From positions 10,934 through 74,933 of the forward strand of contig CAZCOB010000007.1 in assembly GCA_964500415.1 (NCBI GenBank): a DNA stretch of 64,000 nucleotides, written 5' to 3'. Source of the DNA: an uncultured Dehalococcoidaceae bacterium (GTDB lineage: Bacteria; Chloroflexota; Dehalococcoidia; Dehalococcoidales; RBG-16-60-22). The notes under the pieces are model-generated. The model did no database searches. It saw only the letters and a program-made list of their open reading frames with translations, and was not told the origin of the DNA. Positions 60,724 through 64,000 of the stretch are shown in pieces. The position numbers and the translations under genes are program-made. Positions within the stretch are counted from its first letter, which is position 1, and each line of letters opens with the position of its first letter.

Positions 60724-62835
60724 ATGAATCTGCGAAATAGTATAAAGGTTCTTAATAAGCTGGCTCATATATGGGGGGTACAGACTGTCTATTACGACGT
60801 TTCCCACCAGAGACGGCGGGCGTCTATAGAAACCGTATTATCGGTTTTAACAGCCTTGGGTGCTCCGATTTCATCTCTCCGTGATATCGTTCCTGCCTGT
60901 CGGGAGCGACAATTGGAACTGTGGCAACGACCACTGGAGCCTGTAACCGTTGTTTGGGAAGGTCAGCCAACTTTAATTACAATACGCCTTCCTTCGAATT
61001 ATGCTGACCTCTCGATAGATTATTGTCTTTTATTGGAAAACGGTGAATACATTGACGGCAGATGCTCTCTTACCGACATGCCGGTGTTAGCCACAACTGA
61101 AATGGAAGGACAAATGCACATTGCCAGGCAGTTCACTCTTCAAAATCCGTTACCATGGGGATATCATCGGCTTATCCTGGACCTGCAAGGGAAAAATGAA
61201 GAGACTCTTATAATATCGGCACCCTTTGCTGCTTACACGCCTGAATCAGAAAGCCGCAACTGGGGGCTTTTTGTTCCGCTTTATGCTTTACTTAGCGAAA
61301 AAAGTTGGGCCAGCGGTGATTTTACGGATTTAAACGCCCTTATGACCTGGGCTGCGGAGAAGGGGGCAGGGGTGATAGCTACCTTGCCGCTTCTGGCACA
61401 TTTCCCTGATGATAGGCCTGTTCCCAGCCCGTATAGACCCATAAGCCGCCTGATGTGGAGCGAGTCTTACTTGGACATAAGCAGTGTCCCGGAAATGAAG
61501 GATTGTCCGGCAGCTCAGGAGATTGTTGCGTCATCATCATTCCAGGACCAGGTTGAAGCCGTCCGTAACGCCAGCTTTGTAGATTATCGCCAGCAAATGA
61601 TATTAAAGCGCCGTGTCCTGGAAGAAATGTGCGGGTGTATTTTTGCCGGGCCATCTGCCCGTCTCGTGGCTTTCCATGATTTCGCCGGGGAAAATCAGAG
61701 CGTACAAGATTATGCCCGTTTCCGGGCTGCCAATGAGAAGCTGGGCGCTCCCTGGCAAACGTGGCCTCAATTGGCAAGGGAAGGCATTCTGCAAGGAGAC
61801 GATTTTGAGGAACAGTCAAGGCGTTATCATCTTTATGTGCAATGGCTGGCCGACCAGCAGATACGCTCTCTCGCTGATGATGCCGCGCGTAAAAATGTTC
61901 GGCTATACTTTGACCTGCCACTGGGCGTCCACCCCAATGGCTATGACGTCTGGCGCGAGCGCAGCCTGTTTGTTCGGGACTTCTCGGCTGGCGCGCCCCC
62001 GGATGCAGTCTTTACTAAAGGGCAGGTCTGGGACTGCCCGCCGCTGCATCCCGATAAAATCAGAGAACAAGGCTACCAATACACCATAGCGTACCTGCGC
62101 CACAACTTGAGACATGCCGGAATCCTTCGCGTTGACCATGTGATGGGCCTTCACCGGCTTTTTTGCATTCCGAACGGAATGGAAGCGAGCGAAGGGGCTT
62201 ATATTCGCTATCGTAATGAAGAGCTTTACGCCATTCTAACCCTGGAATCTCATCGGAATCAGACTGTCCTCGTCGGTGAAGACCTGGGCACTGTGCCTGC
62301 CTATGTGAGAACTGAGATGGCCAGGCATAAACTCTATCGTATGTATGTAGTGCAGTACGAGTTGGCGTCTGATGAAGTAACAAAACTTCCCCCTGTTCCC
62401 AAGAATGCAGTAGCGAGTCTTAATACCCACGATATGTATCCTTTCTCTGCCTTCTGGCAGGGCTTGGATATTGAAGAAAGACTCGCTCTTGGTCTTTTAG
62501 ATAAGAGAGGCGCTCAATTGGAGCGTAAGGCTCGCCGGAGCACTAAATTAGCTATAATTAAATTGCTGTGGAACAAAGGCTTGCTGCAGAAACAGGCGTC
62601 GGATGTTAGCGCGATACTTAGAGCCTGTCTCTCCTTCTTAGGTAATAGTCGTGCCGGAATGGTGCTGCTTAACCTGGAAGACCTGTGGCTGGAAACACTA
62701 CCGCAAAACGTACCTGGTACTTGTGAGGGATGCCCGAACTGGAGTCGCAAAATACGTTATAGTTTCGAAGCGTTTAGTCAACTGGCCGAAGTGAATGAAA
62801 TGCTACATGAGATTAATAGTTCCAGGAAAAAGTGA
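60724..62835 (+). CDS. malQ: 4-alpha-glucanotransferase (amylomaltase, GH77) with N-terminal extension
   Basis: 703 aa. GH77-type blocks: WGLFVPLYAL, YFDLPLGVHPNGYDVW, GILRVDHVMGLHRLF, VGEDLGTVP, LNTHDM. Confidence 0.85.
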   Translation: MNLRNSIKVLNKLAHIWGVQTVYYDVSHQRRRASIETVLSVLTALGAPISSLRDIVPACRERQLELWQRPLEPVTVVWEGQPTLITIRLPSNYADLSIDYCLLLENGEYIDGRCSLTDMPVLATTEMEGQMHIARQFTLQNPLPWGYHRLILDLQGKNEETLIISAPFAAYTPESESRNWGLFVPLYALLSEKSWASGDFTDLNALMTWAAEKGAGVIATLPLLAHFPDDRPVPSPYRPISRLMWSESYLDISSVPEMKDCPAAQEIVASSSFQDQVEAVRNASFVDYRQQMILKRRVLEEMCGCIFAGPSARLVAFHDFAGENQSVQDYARFRAANEKLGAPWQTWPQLAREGILQGDDFEEQSRRYHLYVQWLADQQIRSLADDAARKNVRLYFDLPLGVHPNGYDVWRERSLFVRDFSAGAPPDAVFTKGQVWDCPPLHPDKIREQGYQYTIAYLRHNLRHAGILRVDHVMGLHRLFCIPNGMEASEGAYIRYRNEELYAILTLESHRNQTVLVGEDLGTVPAYVRTEMARHKLYRMYVVQYELASDEVTKLPPVPKNAVASLNTHDMYPFSAFWQGLDIEERLALGLLDKRGAQLERKARRSTKLAIIKLLWNKGLLQKQASDVSAILRACLSFLGNSRAGMVLLNLEDLWLETLPQNVPGTCEGCPNWSRKIRYSFEAFSQLAEVNEMLHEINSSRKK

Positions 62836-62894
62836 GGGAGTTTACTCCCGTTGTATTTCCGACTAAAATAAACATACTGTAAAGCTTTGATAAT

Positions 62895-64000
62895 ATGGCC
62901 ATGAAGTTGGAAAGTAACTTAGGAGCCAAATATTTGGGGGACAGCCGCTGCCGGTTTTTAGTTTGGGCGCCACTGGCTGAAAGGGTGAATGTTCATATAA
63001 TATCACCCAAGGAGATGACAGTTTGTTTAGAAAAGGATATTCGGGGCTACCATGAGGCAACAGTTGATGGTGTAGAGCCAGGCTGTCAGTATTTCTACAG
63101 GCTTGGGCAGAAGGAGTTTCCCGACCTGGTTTCCAGCTTCCAACCCGGCGGTGTACATGGGCCTTCACAGGTAATTGACCACAATTATTCTTGGGAAGAT
63201 AGCCTCTGGCCAGGTATACCGTTACAGGAATATATAATCTATGAGCTGCACGTCGGTGTCTTCACCCCGGAAGGCACTTTTGATGCTATTATCCCTTACC
63301 TTGACCAAATCAAGAAGCTGGGCGTTACTGCCGTAGAGCTTATGCCGGTCGCTCAATTCCCCGGAGAACGCAACTGGGGCTATGACGGTATTCATCTCTT
63401 CGCCGTGCAAAATTCCTACGGTGGCCCAGATAGTCTCAAGCGGCTGGTGGATGCCTGTCACCAGAGGGGACTAGCCGTTATTCTGGACGTGGTCTACAAT
63501 CACTTCGGCCCGGAGGGCAATAACCTGGAAGCCTTCGGACCGTATTTCACCAGTCGATACCATACCCCGTGGGGGAAAGCCATTAACTTTGACGGGCCCT
63601 ATAGTGACGAGGTACGCAGGTTTTTCATCGAGAACGCACTATACTGGGTAACCGAGTTTCATATTGATGCTCTCCGTCTTGATGCGCTCCATGCCATACT
63701 TGATACCTCTTCGTATACATTCTTAGAAGAGCTTGCCAGTGCTGTTCACGAGCAGGCAGTACTATTAAAGCGCCAGGTTTACCTCATGGGTGAGAGCGCC
63801 GCTAATGACGCCAGGCTTATCCGTCCGCCGGAGGAAGGCGGATACGGACTGGATGCCCAGTGGAATGATGACTTCCATCATTCGCTTCATACGCTGCTGA
63901 CCGGCGAGCAAACCGGGTATTATGAAGACTTTGGTCAACTTCAGCACCTTGTAAAAGCGATTCAAGAAGGATTTGTTTATTCCGGGGAATATTCCGTGTA
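62895..64000 (+). CDS. treZ: Malto-oligosyltrehalose trehalohydrolase (GH13), C-terminus cut by window edge
   Basis: Absent from the ORF track because it runs off the right edge. My translation from the ATG at 62895 gives MAMKLESNLGAKYLGDSRCRFLVWAP...IYELHVGVFTPEGTF...LGVTAVELMPVAQFPGERNWGYDG...VILDVVYNHFGPEGN...IDALRLDALHAI...GESAAND...QWNDDFHH. These are the GH13 conserved regions, in a TreZ-like pattern. Confidence 0.8.
   Translation, partial: MAMKLESNLGAKYLGDSRCRFLVWAPLAERVNVHIISPKEMTVCLEKDIRGYHEATVDGVEPGCQYFYRLGQKEFPDLVSSFQPGGVHGPSQVIDHNYSWEDSLWPGIPLQEYIIYELHVGVFTPEGTFDAIIPYLDQIKKLGVTAVELMPVAQFPGERNWGYDGIHLFAVQNSYGGPDSLKRLVDACHQRGLAVILDVVYNHFGPEGNNLEAFGPYFTSRYHTPWGKAINFDGPYSDEVRRFFIENALYWVTEFHIDALRLDALHAILDTSSYTFLEELASAVHEQAVLLKRQVYLMGESAANDARLIRPPEEGGYGLDAQWNDDFHHSLHTLLTGEQTGYYEDFGQLQHLVKAIQEGFVYSGEYSV

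Noticed and set aside
62863-63168. A 101-aa minus-strand ORF at the start of the treZ region.
   Set aside because: The plus-strand frame from 62895 translates into a continuous GH13/TreZ-like protein with all conserved regions. The minus-strand ORF is a shadow.
1-64000. A scan for CRISPR arrays, rRNA genes, IS elements, integrases, prophage genes and known defence-system signatures.
   Set aside because: I noticed no regularly spaced direct repeats, no transposase, integrase or recombinase-like ORFs, and no nuclease/helicase gene pairs. The only mobile-element-associated signals are the hicAB pair and the tRNA fragment, which are reported separately.

Overview
This is a 64-kb, gene-dense window with about 60 genes, mostly on the minus strand. 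The housekeeping signals look bacterial: Shine-Dalgarno sites, a near-consensus sigma70-type promoter, hairpin+U-tract terminators, OmpR/NarL response regulators with HisKA kinases, a bacterial-style tRNA-Lys, hicAB and an AadA-like gene. The anaerobic redox gene content includes two tungsten-type AORs, GlcD/E/F-like flavoenzyme modules, a Mo-enzyme/FeS/NrfD complex, a NuoF-like plus NuoG/GltD-like module, a UroD-like protein and a TPP enzyme. That content would fit a Chloroflexota-like organism, but this is inference only. The standout feature is a complete archaellum (archaeal flagellum) locus at 23.3-34.0 kb. It encodes three archaellins, three ArlF/G-family proteins (one with an extra C-terminal domain), ArlJ, an ArlD/E-like protein plus other acidic proteins, ArlH and ArlI, in a non-canonical order. 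It is directly followed by a bacterial four-gene phosphorelay operon and preceded by a divergent, atypical LuxR-type regulator. Other notable items: (1) an expanded cupin family with a conserved N-terminal KYG motif (7 genes, 10 domains); (2) an 833-aa Ala/Glu-rich tail-anchored repeat protein with its own promoter and a structured leader, sitting between inverted GlcD/GlcF-like paralog modules, one GlcF copy being frameshifted; (3) a scar region before malQ/treZ containing a tRNA-Asp 3' fragment, hicAB, a 5'-truncated response regulator and an apparent compositional shift. I saw no CRISPR array, rRNA, transposase or integrase. All family assignments rest on motif reading by eye; no database search was possible.
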